Shown piece by piece: positions 1 to 12,112 of a DNA stretch of 64,000 nucleotides. Made by a program: the position numbers and the translations under genes. Below the pieces are notes generated by a model that made no database searches, had not been told where the DNA came from, and saw nothing but the letters and a program-made list of their open reading frames with translations. Position 1 is the first letter of the stretch. Every line of letters starts with the position of its first letter. The stretch is from Naegleria gruberi (Eukaryota): NCBI GenBank assembly GCA_000004985.1, contig GG738860.1, one strand, 5' to 3'.

Positions 1-161
1 TACGGTTTTTTTAAAAGATTTTCTTAAACAATCCAGCTATTAATAAGAAGATTTTTATTAACAGGTTGCTTCGCCAAGTTGATATTTGTGGTTCCACATG
101 TTTTAATACAGAGCTAGAGAAAATGCAATAATTTAAGTTTTAATAATAAATATATAAATAA

Positions 162-2941
162 TTAATAAGTTCCTTGATACATTTCATCAATATATGTTCT
201 GTACTTTTGAACAATATTGTTACGTTTAAGCTTGAAAGCAGCTGTTAAGAGATCGTTTTCAGGTGACCAAACATCATCAAAGACACGAATGGCCTTAATT
301 TCTTCATATCTCTTAAGCTTGTAGGTCTTAGCCAATTCTTCCAATGATTTCAAGATGTGTTGTTGGACCTTTGGATGTTTACAAATTTCAGAGAAGGTAC
401 CAGTAATGCCATTTTCTTCAGCAAATCTCTTGGTTGGACCTGGTTGAGCGATGACAATGGCAACAGGGAATGAACCGAAGCTGTCTCCATAGACCATGAT
501 ACCATTTGGTGCAACGTATGGACAACCGTTATAGATACTCTCCAATCTTTCCAAAGCAATATATTCACCATGGGATAACTTGACTAAATTCTTAACACGA
601 TCAATAATTGAAATTGTACCATCCTCATTCCTAAAAAGTTGAATTGTTGAAAAGTAAAAGGTCAAATTAGTATTCAAAAAGAAATGTAAACCTACAATTG
701 ACCAACATCTCCTGTCAAGAAGTATCCATCTTCCATGAATGCTTCCTTTGTCTTTTCAGGTTGCTTATAGTAACCTAGGGCGACAGAGTTACCTCTGATG
801 GCAATCTCTCCTCTTGGTACTGGGCTATCTGCCAAATAATTCAAGTGTGGAACTGAGATTAATTTGATTTCAACACATGGAACAACAACACCAGCAACAT
901 TGGTTTGGAATTTAGCTTCTGGCATTAAAATGACCTAAAGAAATGTTAAATCTTCTCTCCACGATAAATCTTCTACTTACACCTGCAGCACTAGTCTCAG
1001 TAAGACCATATCCTTGGAAGGTACTGGCTCCAAAGCAAACTCTGAAGAATTCTTGACTTTGTTTTGAAAGTGGAGCACCTCCAGAAAGGCATCCTACCAA
1101 TCTTCCACCAGCCATACTCTTAATCTTTCTGAAAATCAAAAAGTTGAACAATGGTGTATCTCTTCCATTCTTAAGAGCATTAAGTTTACAATCATAAGCA
1201 GTCTTGAAAAGCCATTGAATGATTGGTGAACCTGCCTTAATCTTTTCAGAAACACCCTTCTTAATGGTGTCGTATCTGTATGAAAGATATAATAATAAGG
1301 ACATTAGTCGCATATAAAATCATTTCGCACAAACAATCGCAGATTTAAATTAACCAAAAAAAAGCTTGAAAACTTACACTCTTGGTACACCACAAAATAT
1401 TCTTCCGTAATAAATTGAAAAAAATGTACGAAAGATAGTTAAGCACAAATTGACAATATCAGCCACTACTTACTGAGGTGCTACAGCTTCAAGATCACCA
1501 ACAGGTCTGGCAGTCTAATTATTTGAAGTGAATTATGAAACATTGAAATGTTAATAATTATCAAAAAACACTACTTGCCTTAGTTGTAAGAGTTTTGGAG
1601 TTTCCGTATCCGATTTTTCCTGTTTTATGAATGTTGTGAAGTAAACGTGATTTGGTGTGGAATTTGGTAAATAATGATATTGTTGTAACATTTTACATTC
1701 TTTTGAATACTACTACTTACCTCCAAGACCCAAGATGTAATGTTCAGCAGCCATTTCCAAAATGTGAGAAAGTGGAAGATATCCCAAATAAGTCTAGTAT
1801 TACTGTAATGAGCAATCAATTTTAAAATGAGATACTTACTCTATTGTCACATTATTAATAATGGTGAAAAACTGAAATACTTACGGATTCTTGACGTGTG
1901 GCAAACCAAATTGCTCACGTGCACCCACGGAAATCGAAAGTATATTTTTTGCTGTTAGCATTACACCTTTTGGCTAATGATTAGAATACAAATAGATTAG
2001 ATCTGTAAATAATAATTCATAATTACCTTTGAAGTAGTTCCGGAAGTGTACATGACAACAGTCAAACTATCACCTCTTTGTTCTTCCTTAACTGGAATTG
2101 GATTTGTTTCTTGTTTTCCTAATTCTTCAACTTCTTCAAAGGACAAAACAGAAACACCATTCTTTTCCAATTCAGCAATATGCTTTTGAGTTTCTTCCTT
2201 CTTACCTTCCCAAGATGATGCATAGATGAGGTACTTTAAAGTTGGAGTATTTGGAGTAATTTGATAGGCAAGCTTTTTCAATGATGCTTCATTAACTAAC
2301 ATGGCTGGAAGTTCACATTCATTAACAGCCTCAATGAGTGATTCATCACCCAAAGTAGAGTAAACTGTCATTACAGTAATGTTGTATCTCATGCAAGCGT
2401 GGAGAGTCATTAACCATTCCTTACGAGTTTCTTCAAAGATACCAAAAAAGTCCTTAGAGTTCAAGCCAGTGAAACGTGCAATACCACGTGAAAGATTAAT
2501 AATTCTACTATAGATTTGATTGTAGGTTTCATACTTGACATCGTCAAAGTGGAAAACTTCCCAGTCCTTACCATCAAGCTTTTCAACAGACTTATTCTTG
2601 AAAGTACGACTACCAAGCATTGGCAAATCACCAAATTGTTTAACAACATGATCCAACAGTCCGTTGAGTGTAGTTACACCAGGAACTGGAGTGCTAATTA
2701 ATTCCTTTTCATAGCCAACTCTTCTGATTGGCTTTGTTTCTTCACCAGGTTTATAGTTTGGATCATCGACTTGAACAGTATAGGATTTCAAGTGATCAAA
2801 TCTTCCTCTCAAGTCAGCAGGTAAGAAATCCTTACCAAACAAGATTCTAAAGATGATGTAGCAGAAGCGATCCACCAAAGACAAGATGAAGGCGATAATT
2901 TTCAACAGAAGTGATTTTATCATTTTTTTTTGAAAGTTCAT
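162..2941 (-). CDS. Long-chain acyl-CoA synthetase (AMP-binding), multi-exon (about 8-9 exons)
   Basis: Minus-strand ORF fragments 1997-2941, 912-1313, 692-925 and 162-677 join into a typical ACSL. The AMP-binding motif is 'YTSGTTS|KPKGVML', split by an intron (GTAATT donor near 1998). Other ACSL motifs are 'GYGLTETSAAG', 'TGDVGQ..NEDGTISIIDRVKNLVKLSHGEY' and a C-terminus at 162. Introns are flanked by GTAAGT/GTAGGT and ...ag. Exact exon borders are not all resolved. Confidence 0.8.
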
Positions 2942-3616
2942 TTACTCAATTTTCCTGTTACCCCTATGTGAAAGCAAACAAGATTTGAAAGAGAGACAAG
3001 ATTTGTCAAGTCATTGTAAAGCCTCGTCCAATGATCCTCGCCATTGATTATCCAATAAATTAGCAGCAAAGGAAAAACCTTTTTGAAAACAGATAATCCC
3101 ATGTCCAGCATGGTTCAAAAATGGTGGTACTGGAAAGATGAAAAATGCATTGGTTCAATGATTACAAACGTATTATTGAAACATCTTCATGGTTGAGAGG
3201 TTCCATCCGCAATCTTCTCTAAAACCAAATTAAGATTGGACAGGCATTTCACCAACTACAGTTTTCCCTCGATCACCAAGTTTATTAAACGACCTTAGAT
3301 TCTGTCTTGATAGTGATTGATTTCTTTTAATGAATAGATCATGAAAAATGGTTTTTCACGATTACAAATTGATTCCCACAAAAGAAAATATCATGATGCA
3401 TTTAAATAATGTACAACCCAACAATCACTACAGCATTTGAAATCCTATCACTTGTTACAACTTTCAACTCTTATTGAGAAAAGTGACAAACATTCCGATT
3501 TGGCAATATTGAATGAACACAACATTGCAAGTGATAAATTATTCAGATAGCCTTTTTTTCATCAAGGCTTGTTAAAAAGAGGCAATCTTTCATTGACTGA
3601 TTAGGACAACTCAGAG
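2942..3616. promoter_or_regulatory. Divergent intergenic/promoter region between the acyl-CoA synthetase (-) and a downstream (+) gene
   Basis: Non-coding and AT-rich, lying between two divergently oriented start codons. No specific motif was verified. Confidence 0.3.
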
Positions 3617-4345
3617 TTGAATAATCTCGAATCAAAAAAACAACACAACACACAACATAAGATGAAAGAGAAAGGGAGAAGTGATGATCAGTCTATTGAA
3701 TCGGAATCAAGCCTTACTTTGAGTGATCGTTTTCATCCCTACAAGAAGAAACAACAGATGACCACCTCTCCTCCTATTCCTTCAAGGCAACTGAACACAA
3801 GTAACAATAGGAGAGTGGAACGATCTCTGATGAATACTCAGAGGATATTTGCATCAACAAGTGATGAGTCAACAGCCTCTTCTTCTCTTCATTTGGAGAA
3901 TTTCAAAAAGGCTATTCACACCACCTACTCTTCATCATCGAGTCAAGAAGAAGTTGTAGAAGCAAAGAATAGATGTATCGAGTTAGACATTTCAAAGGAT
4001 ATCAACCTAGTTAGAGAAGAGGATTTTGAATTTTTGGATAATATTGATTTTTCAGATTGTTTAGAATTAGAAATATTCGATTTTGACCAAAGCAGCTTTA
4101 GTATCAACAAGGCTACATCATTGGATGGTGTAAGCACGAGTTGTCAATCTTCACCAGATATCTTTCTAAAGCCTCGATGTAAAGAACCATCAATTGAGTG
4201 GGATAATCATGATGATGATGACTTGTTTCAAATCATCACACCAACTAGTACTAGTCCTTCCAATAGGGAAATAAGCACATTAGAACTCTTACTTGAAACA
4301 CCTTTGGAAAATCTATTGTATCATAATATAGATAATAACGAATGA
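3617..4345 (+). CDS. Hypothetical Ser/Asp/Glu-rich protein
   Basis: 729-nt ORF with coding-like codon usage. The composition is low-complexity acidic and Ser-rich, and I recognise no domain. The 5' end may lie in an upstream exon. Confidence 0.35.
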   Translation: MNNLESKKQHNTQHKMKEKGRSDDQSIESESSLTLSDRFHPYKKKQQMTTSPPIPSRQLNTSNNRRVERSLMNTQRIFASTSDESTASSSLHLENFKKAIHTTYSSSSSQEEVVEAKNRCIELDISKDINLVREEDFEFLDNIDFSDCLELEIFDFDQSSFSINKATSLDGVSTSCQSSPDIFLKPRCKEPSIEWDNHDDDDLFQIITPTSTSPSNREISTLELLLETPLENLLYHNIDNNE

Positions 4346-4439
4346 AAATAAAGCAATTCTCTTCAATTAAATATTTTAAATAATATATTAATTCAAATTA
4401 TTTTAGAAATTAAAATTGAAAATAATTCAATCAAAAAAA

Positions 4440-4664
4440 ATGGTCACAAAAAGAGATATCCTCTCCCTCTACCGAAGGATTTTAAAAACCGGAAATGAAA
4501 CAATCAGATTTACCAACAAGGAATACTTCAAAAGAAGAGTAAGAGAAGAATTTGAAATGGCTGAAGAAATTGTCGGAGATAAGAAACAAAGAGATTTAAT
4601 TAGAGACAAAATGTATGGCAAAGGAGTTGAATTTTTGGAAAAGAAAATTGGTGGAATTATTTAA
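4440..4664 (+). CDS. LYR-motif (Complex1_LYR family) small mitochondrial protein
   Basis: ATG at about 4440 gives 'MVTKRDILSLYRRILKTGNE..F..KEYFKRRVREEFE'. This has the L-Y-R tripeptide and downstream F typical of LYRM proteins. The protein is about 75 aa. Confidence 0.6.
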   Translation: MVTKRDILSLYRRILKTGNETIRFTNKEYFKRRVREEFEMAEEIVGDKKQRDLIRDKMYGKGVEFLEKKIGGII

Positions 4665-4722
4665 ATTATATTTGTGATGATGAGAAAATGGTTAAAACAT
4701 GTTTTACAAGTGTTTTAGATTT

Positions 4723-6489
4723 TTACTTTCTCTTTTTTGAAGATCTTTGAGAGTTATCTGAAGAATCGGAACTTCTCTTCTTGTCTTGTTTCGTTTTCAA
4801 TAAACCTTTGGTTGGTGAAAATGTTAAATCGACTGGTAAACTTGGAACAATATCCTTCTTATTGAAAGTTTTAACTTGATTCTTTTCGAGGTCAATTATA
4901 ACCTTCTTCTTTTCTTGTTTTTCTTCAGAAGAGGTAGCAGTACTTGTGATTGGCTTCTTGTCCTTGAGCAGCTTTTTCACGGATTTCACCTTACTTAACA
5001 ATTGATTACGTTTCTTTTCTTCAGCAGCAGCTTCTTCTCTTTCCTTTTGTTCCTTTTCTAATTGAACTTTCTTTTCTTGTTCCAATCTTTCTTGTTCTAA
5101 TTTTTCTTGCTTTTTCTTTTCCTCTTCTTCCTTCTTCTTTTGTTCGGTTGCCTTACTATTATCCTTCTTTTGTTTCTTTTCTTGTGGCGTTGTTTCTACT
5201 TTCTTTTCAGTTTGTTTCTTTTCAGGTTGTTGCTTCTTTTCTTGTGGTTTCTTATTTTCATTAACTTGTTGAGCTTTCTTTTCTTGTTGTTTCTTCTTCC
5301 TTTCAATCTTAGCTTGTTCTTTTTGAGATACAGTAGTTTCAACTTCTTCCAATTCAGAATATAAATCATCGAGAGTAATAATTCTAGTCTTGAATTTTTC
5401 ATAGTATTCAACACAGACATCCGAGTTTTCATATCCAGTCTTGTATTTTTCGAATTCCTTGACAATACGTTCGATATTGACAGGTAAAGGTCTATCTTTA
5501 ACAATTTGTCTGACATTACCAAATTCATCAAGTGGTAAATCTTCATCATCATCTTCATCATCTTCCATAGCATCTCCATTTTCTTCGGTTTCTTCCTCCT
5601 CTTCCTCTTCTTCAGGTTTACTTTCACCTTCAACTGATTGATATTGAGCAAGTAAATCGAACATTTCTTCCTTGTATGTCTTTTTGATACTGTTATTTTC
5701 TGTAGAGGCAAAATCTTTGATGAAGAATTGGACGAATTTCATCAATGCATCTTCATTGAGATGATAGTCAGAATCATTTTCAACTTGAGGACCACCATAT
5801 TGAACCAATTCCAAGAAGAATAATTCTGCAATGTGAATTTGCAAAGATGCTAATAATTTACGTTCCTCATTATTGAAAATACCATCTTCTAAAATGAATT
5901 CAATAAATTCCTCAACTGCTTCTAGTTTGTATTGAGCTGTCTTGTTCAAAAACACGAATGCTTGTTGCATTACTTTTCTCACTAACATTAAATATTTGTC
6001 CATTCTGTGTTTGTCAAGTCTTGGCCATGTTTCAAAGAGTTCATCAAAGAAAGCTCTCAAAAAGGCAATAGGTAATTCGTGTGGAGATGATTCGCCTCCC
6101 TTCACGTGGTGAATACATTCTGCCAAGAGTTGAGCCATTTCGTGTTGTTTAAATTCACCATCACACAGCCAAAATCCGTACAATGCACCTTTCCACAATT
6201 TTCTAAAATCAATAAAATTAGTATCAAGATCCAACTTGTTGAATTTAGTTTCCTTCAAAAATGTTGGGAATCTTTCGGCAGCTCTTGTTCTAAAACCTTC
6301 ATCGGTAGCAGCAAGATCCTTGGTGAGTTTTACTACATTTTCTCTATGGATTTTTAATTGTTCCTCTGTGAATGTATTTTCCTCAACTTTGGATTCCGAT
6401 TTGCTTATCTTCTTTTGTTTGTTGTTACCATTAGTGTTATTATTGGCTTGTTTATTGTTGTTGTTATTAGCTTTTGACTTTTTACCCAT
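4723..6489 (-). CDS. RRP1: Ribosomal RNA processing protein 1 / nucleolar protein NOP52 homolog
   Basis: The N-terminal region contains 'FRKLWKGALYGFWLCD' (compare 'KVWKGLFYCMWMQD' of RRP1) and 'LDKHRMDKYLMLVRKVM' (compare 'LRLDKFYMLMRMVL'). It has an acidic Glu/Asp stretch and a long Lys/Glu-rich C-terminal tail. It is a single exon. Confidence 0.75.
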   Translation of the reverse strand: MGKKSKANNNNNKQANNNTNGNNKQKKISKSESKVEENTFTEEQLKIHRENVVKLTKDLAATDEGFRTRAAERFPTFLKETKFNKLDLDTNFIDFRKLWKGALYGFWLCDGEFKQHEMAQLLAECIHHVKGGESSPHELPIAFLRAFFDELFETWPRLDKHRMDKYLMLVRKVMQQAFVFLNKTAQYKLEAVEEFIEFILEDGIFNNEERKLLASLQIHIAELFFLELVQYGGPQVENDSDYHLNEDALMKFVQFFIKDFASTENNSIKKTYKEEMFDLLAQYQSVEGESKPEEEEEEEETEENGDAMEDDEDDDEDLPLDEFGNVRQIVKDRPLPVNIERIVKEFEKYKTGYENSDVCVEYYEKFKTRIITLDDLYSELEEVETTVSQKEQAKIERKKKQQEKKAQQVNENKKPQEKKQQPEKKQTEKKVETTPQEKKQKKDNSKATEQKKKEEEEKKKQEKLEQERLEQEKKVQLEKEQKEREEAAAEEKKRNQLLSKVKSVKKLLKDKKPITSTATSSEEKQEKKKVIIDLEKNQVKTFNKKDIVPSLPVDLTFSPTKGLLKTKQDKKRSSDSSDNSQRSSKKRK

Positions 6490-6855
6490 TTTTTATGCTC
6501 GAACATCATCAACAAATTATTGCAATAATTTTACTTCCTCATTTTTATCAAATTACTTCATCACAATAATTCTGTATCGGAATTTGTGTACTTCAACATT
6601 CACCAAAGGAAATTAGTTGAGTCTATTTGTTATTTCAATGAAACAAAATAGTAATAATAAATACATTTGTTTTCTTGTGATTGGTAGAAGCTATTAATAT
6701 CAACCAATTAAATGTTAAAGAATTCTATTCCAAAGAACACCGCATTCAATAAGAGCTGGCAATTTGCTTGAGCGGCAAACTTTGAAAATTAGCGCCAAAA
6801 AAATTGCAAAAAAAAAATAACACAACAAATAACTTTATAACCCACGAGTAAAAAG

Positions 6856-9597
6856 ATGAACATTCAGGATTTCAGAAACTTGATGGATGTGCTCTCGTCC
6901 AACGATAATCAAGTTCGTCAAAACGCTGAAACCCATCTTGCCAATCTTAAGAATAATGACTTGGTATGTTTTTCATTTAATTGTTTTTATTAATCATTTT
7001 AACGTATTTTATTCTCCTCATCACCAACAATAATTTTTCTAGCCTAAATTTATGATTCTGTTAGTAACAGAACTTGCTGATGAAGCTAGACCAAACCATC
7101 TCAGACAATTGGCCGGTCTCCAACTTAAGAACCTTTTAGAATCCAAAGACTCACAAACAAAACATGCTTTAGAACAACAATGGTCCAGACAAGACGAAGA
7201 AACCAAAAATCAAATTAGAAATCAAGTTTTAGTAACACTCCACTCCACATCACAAGAAGCTAGAAAGACTGCTGCTCAAGTCCTCGCCGAATTTGCTTCT
7301 GTAGACTTGGTGCACAATCAATGGCTGAATGTTATTGAAACTGTCCTTAAAAACATTACCGAACCTTCTACACCTTTTGGTATTCAATCTAGCTTGATGG
7401 CCATTGGTTATCTGTGTGATATGTGTAGAGCCCCAGTTTTAAAGCACCAAACAAACCAAATTCTTACAGCTGTTATTCAAGGTATGAGAGAATCAGCAAA
7501 CAACGATATCAAATTTGCTGCCACACAAGCCTTGTTGAATTGTCTTGTTTTTGTTGAAGAAAACTTTTCAAGAGATGTAAGTATTATTATTATTTGAATC
7601 TTATTAATTCTAACTTTATATAGTCTGAAAGAGATTATATTATGCAAACCGTATGTGCATCAACCCAACTTCCAGACCCAAGAATTAGAGAAGTCGCTTT
7701 TGAATGTTTAGTTAAAATCGGATATTTGTACTATGATAAATTGTCACCATACATGGAAGCCATTTTTGGTGTAAGTAGTAATACTATTTTAACAAATTGA
7801 TATTAATTTATTAAAATATAGATCACAACCAAGGCTTTAACTGACCCTAATGAACAACAAGAAGTCCAATTACAAGCTATTGAATTCTGGACATCATTGG
7901 CTGAAACTGAAGCAATTATTCGTGAAGAAATTGATACTGCAATGGAAAATGATACCGAACCAATTAGACAAAGTTTCAATATTATTCTCCAAGCTCTTGC
8001 ACCATTAGTTGAACTTATGACTAAATGTCTTACAAGACAAGAAGAATATCAAGAAGATGGTGATATGTGTGTCAGTAATTATGCTTCAAATTGTATTGCT
8101 GCTATGGCCACTGTTGCTCAAGAAACAATTGTTGACCAAATTATGCCATTCGTTTCATCAAATATTAATAATCCAGATTGGCACTTTAAGGAAGCTGCTA
8201 CTTTGGCATTTTCTGCAATTTTGGATGGTCCAAGAAGAGGTGAAAGAATGAATGAACTTATCAACTCTGCCCTTCCATTCATTATGAGTCATGTTAATGA
8301 TGCAAACACTCTTGTCAAAGATACTTCAGTTTTTGCTCTTGGTAGAATTGCTGAATTCCATCCAGATCCATTGGTTGAAAATCATTTGGAAAATGTCCTC
8401 AAGACTCTTACAATTGCCTTCCAAGATGAAGCTCGTATTTGTAGTAAGGCTTGTTGGACTATTTTGCACATTGCAGAAGCTTTCTCAACTGATGATGATA
8501 GAGCTTCTTATCCACTTTCACAATACTTTAAGATTTTGGCTGAAATGCTCTTACAAGCTACTCTTAGACAAGATGCTTCTGAAAGCAATTTGAGAATCAA
8601 TGCTTATGAAGCTTTATCTGCTCTTGTTCACAGTGCTGCTAGAGATACCTATGAAATTTTGTCACACATTGTTGTTGAATTGTTGAATAGACTTGAACAA
8701 ACTCTTAACCACAGCCAAACTGAAGAAATCTGCTTGATTCAAGGTTTGATGTGTGGTGCTCTTCAAGTTTCTGCTAGAAAGCTCGAATTTAGAATTGTTC
8801 CAACTGCTGATAGAATCATGACCTTCTTGTTGAGAATCTTTGAATCTAAAAGCGCTAATGTTCATGAAGAAGCCTTCCTTGCTGTTGGTGCTGTCGCTGC
8901 TGCCCTTTCTAATGAATTCGACAGATATATGCCTCACTTTTTACCATTCTTATTGACTGGTTTGCAAACATTCCAATACGAACAAATCTGTCTTATCTGT
9001 GTCAACGTTATTGGTGATTTATGTATTGCTTTGAGAGACAAGCTTGCTTCTTATACTGATGCAATCATGGAAGTTCTTTTGAAGAATTTGCAAAACTCTG
9101 AATTGCAAAGAGATGTCAAACCAAACATTATTGCCTCTTTTGGTGATATTGCTCTTGCCATTGGTGTCAGATTTGAAAAATACATGAATTATGTTGGTAC
9201 TGTTTTGAGACAAGCTTGTGAAGCTCATGTTGATGCCACCAACGATGAAATGATTGATTATCTTAATCTTTTGAGAGAAAATATTTTCGAAGCCTATGTT
9301 GGTATTTTACTTGGCTTCAAGAAGGAAAATCCACAACTCTTTATTCCATATGTTGAATCAGTGTTAACCTTTGTCAAGATTGTCTATGAAGATCAAAATA
9401 CTGACCAACCTGTTTTCAATGCTGCTGTTTCTATCGTTAGTGACTTGGCTAATGTTTACGGTGTTGCCATCAAAGGTCCTATGCAACAAGAATTTATTAG
9501 AAATCTTGTCGAAGATGCAGTCAATTCAGCTGAATCAGAGACAAGAAAGATTGGTAATAAGGCTAAGAAGAACTTGAAGAAGATTACTCTCCTCTAA
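6856..9597 (+). CDS. KPNB1: Importin subunit beta-1 (karyopherin beta), 4 exons
   Basis: The exons are about 6856-6963, 7043-7576, 7624-7770 and 7822-9597, with GTATGT/GTAAGT donors and tag/atag acceptors. Exon 1 encodes 'MNIQDFRNLMDVLSSNDNQVRQNAETHLANL'. The protein aligns along its full length with importin-beta HEAT repeats and ends '...ATWATKEL..-like KKNLKKITLL'. Confidence 0.9.
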
Positions 9598-9599
9598 AC

Positions 9600-9900
9600 T
9601 AGTCCATAACAGTGTTTCCACTCCACCCAAATAAGGAGGCACAACAACCTCCAAACCACTCCACCACACTTAACACAAACACATCCACAATCAAAATGGC
9701 ATACTCAATTCGGTCAGATGATGCCTCTAATCCCCCCTCGCCTTTGAATAATTTATAAGTTATACCACCATCCATGTCCCAATCCATTCCATCCACTAAA
9801 CTATCACCACCAAATAATAGTCAAATTATTAAAATAATAACTTGACAGAGCACTCAAATAAACACCACATCCACACATTAAATCATACATCAAAACCATA
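9600..9900. repeat. Strand-asymmetric C/A-rich low-complexity tract in a convergent 3' intergenic region
   Basis: This stretch is dominated by CCA/CAC/ACA-type words on the + strand (for example 'ccactccaccacacttaacacaaacacatccacaatc'). It lies between the importin-beta stop and the stop of the downstream minus-strand gene. Confidence 0.4.
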
Positions 9901-9912
9901 CTATTTACACAA

Positions 9913-10485
9913 TTATAATTTATTGACCACACAGTCAATCAATTGAGCCATAACAAGTCTCCCTACTTTGGGCTCTTTCAGTCTTGACAGAAACTCCTTG
10001 GAAAATGCAATACACAATACTAGAGGTTTTTCCAAAACTTGTGTTGGCATTGGAGGTTCCATCATTCCAAATGCTGGTTTGACTGGTTTTGGTTGATACA
10101 AATCTTCAATTAATTTTCTAGCAAATATTGTTTCAATATCAAGGTAAGTCTCTCCCATTGGATGATCCAAAGAAGGAGCTCTTTTTCCAAATAATGTTCT
10201 AATTGAATAGGTAGGTTCAGGTATGTGATCATAATCATCCAGTGGCTCTTCCATAGTGTTGGAAATTGTCATTGTTAGTGCTGATGCATCCTTTTCAGCT
10301 TTAATTACAGTTCCGATCAAGGAATCTAATTGCGAAATTAAAAATACAATTTTATCAGCAAAGACCATTCTTACTACTTCTGTTTTATAGTTAGAATCAA
10401 TACTAAAAGCCTTGTTGATCACATGAATCGGAAATAATCTTTGATCTTGTGCTGATGATATTTCGTGAAGATAATCTGTTGACAT
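9913..10485 (-). CDS. Hypothetical conserved protein (190 aa)
   Basis: Intact ORF with coding-like composition. It has only a weak 'KTEVV...V..I' resemblance to a PAC3-like proteasome assembly chaperone N-terminus. Function is not assigned. Confidence 0.4.
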   Translation of the reverse strand: MSTDYLHEISSAQDQRLFPIHVINKAFSIDSNYKTEVVRMVFADKIVFLISQLDSLIGTVIKAEKDASALTMTISNTMEEPLDDYDHIPEPTYSIRTLFGKRAPSLDHPMGETYLDIETIFARKLIEDLYQPKPVKPAFGMMEPPMPTQVLEKPLVLCIAFSKEFLSRLKEPKVGRLVMAQLIDCVVNKL

Positions 10486-10870
10486 TTTTTCAAAATAATA
10501 TTTAATTTCAAAAAAATGATTAAAAGTAAAAGTTTAATTTCTAGTGTTCGGAACTTTAACCATCAATTTAGAGTGAAGGGATTAATTAATTCATGTTTGA
10601 AAATTAATGCAAATTTTAATAGTCAACACGAATCAACCTTCCGATTTTTTTCTTCATCATCAATGAATAGAAATCGAAATGATGATTTTCTTTACATATT
10701 GAAAATTAGAGGACAAGAACAACCAAATAATTGTGATTCTTTGAGAAAGTTTCCAACTCTTTATTTGGTGGTTGCCCTTTTGGTAGCTGGCTATTCCTAT
10801 TCAATTATTTCATCCCTTCTTTCGTGTAAGTAAATCACCCATATTCTCTGAAAATTCACACAACAAATAA

Positions 10871-12107
10871 GCTGATATGGTTTTGGATAAGATGATTCAG
10901 GAAGAGAATGGAGAAATTAATTTACAAAAGGCCTCTATCATGCCACTCAGTTGTAAGTTATTACTTGTAATATTTTGTAATCATTTAATGGAATTTTATA
11001 GTATTTGCCCTGTTGAAAATTAAAGAAAAGTATATGGGCAATATTGAGAAAGATCTCGAGTCAAACGATGCAATTAAGAGAAGGAATGCCATTCAAATGA
11101 TTTATCAAATGTGTTTGGATAGATCATTGGCTAAATCAATAATTTTGGAAACTAATTGTCTTGAACGTTTGGTAAATCTGGTACCATACGATAAACAATC
11201 AAACGTATCAAGAGATGAGAGTGACCTAATTATTGGAGTTTTGAAAATGATGAGCTCTATTGAAAATACTCACGAATTCTTATTGGATAATCTTAGTAAA
11301 TGGGTTAAACCATATAGAATACGAAAGGAGTTGCACTCTATAGAGGCATTGGATAATAATTATATTACAATTATATACAATATTCTATCTACACAAAAAT
11401 CCAGACAATTATTAACTGACGAAAGGATTGAGAAACTAATTCAATTGACATTTGAAATATCCAAGGCAAGCACAGATAAGAGAGTGATAAACTTGGCAAA
11501 TTATTCCACTGAAATGCTTGTTAGACAATCTAAGGGAGAACCAGATGATGGTCAAGCAGATTCACTCATGAAAGATTATACTGAAAAGTATGAAATTTTC
11601 AAATTCCTTTCAAACAACATCTCACTTCCATTGCTAGCCTTTGGTTATGCCTTTTTGAGATATAAATGGAGAATTAATAGACAAGGATACAATCATTTTG
11701 GATTCAAGGCTCAAAATCTCAATACACTGTCAATTTACAACTCGTTGAAGAGTGCAGTGGTTGTAAGTGCAATGGCATGGTCTGTAACTTCTTTGGATTT
11801 TTTCGAGTATAGACAGGGGTTGAAAGATCACTCTAATTGCTCAACCAATGAGGAGCTATTTAACAGACTCAAGACTAGGGCATATAGACAGGAAGTTGAA
11901 AAGGTAGCTCAAAACTTCTTGTTCCCATTATTCTTGGCATGGGTTTTGGGTAGAGTGGAATTTATCATACTACCATACATTTTACTTCAGGCAAGCAGTT
12001 CATCTAAACCAAGTAGTTTATTAGAAAATTTAATAGATCTTCCCCCTCAGTATGTAGAATCTCAATTGAATTATATTCAAACAAGCATTGAGACTGAAAA
12101 GAAATAA
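10871..12107 (+). CDS. Armadillo-like helical protein with a C-terminal hydrophobic region, 2 exons
   Basis: Exon 1 is about 10871-10950 ('MVLDKMIQEENGEINLQKASIMPLS', GTAAGT donor). Exon 2 runs from about 11009 (ttttatag acceptor) to the stop at 12107 and is in frame with ORF 11013-12107. The N-terminal portion is ARM/HEAT-like ('AIQMIYQMCLDRSLAKSIILETNCLERLVNLV'). The family is uncertain. Confidence 0.45.
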
Positions 12108-12112
12108 ACCCT

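Noticed and set aside
5107-5711. ORFs 5107-5364 (+), 5196-5711 (-) and 5441-5641 (+) inside the NOP52 gene
   Set aside because: These are alternate-frame or antisense translations of the Lys/Glu-rich low-complexity coding repeat of RRP1/NOP52. They consist of Leu/Phe-rich or Lys-rich junk.
10516-10833. 105-aa ORF upstream of the ARM-like gene
   Set aside because: It lies in the AT-rich promoter or intergenic region. It has no conserved features and an unsupported start. The real first exon of the downstream gene begins at about 10871.
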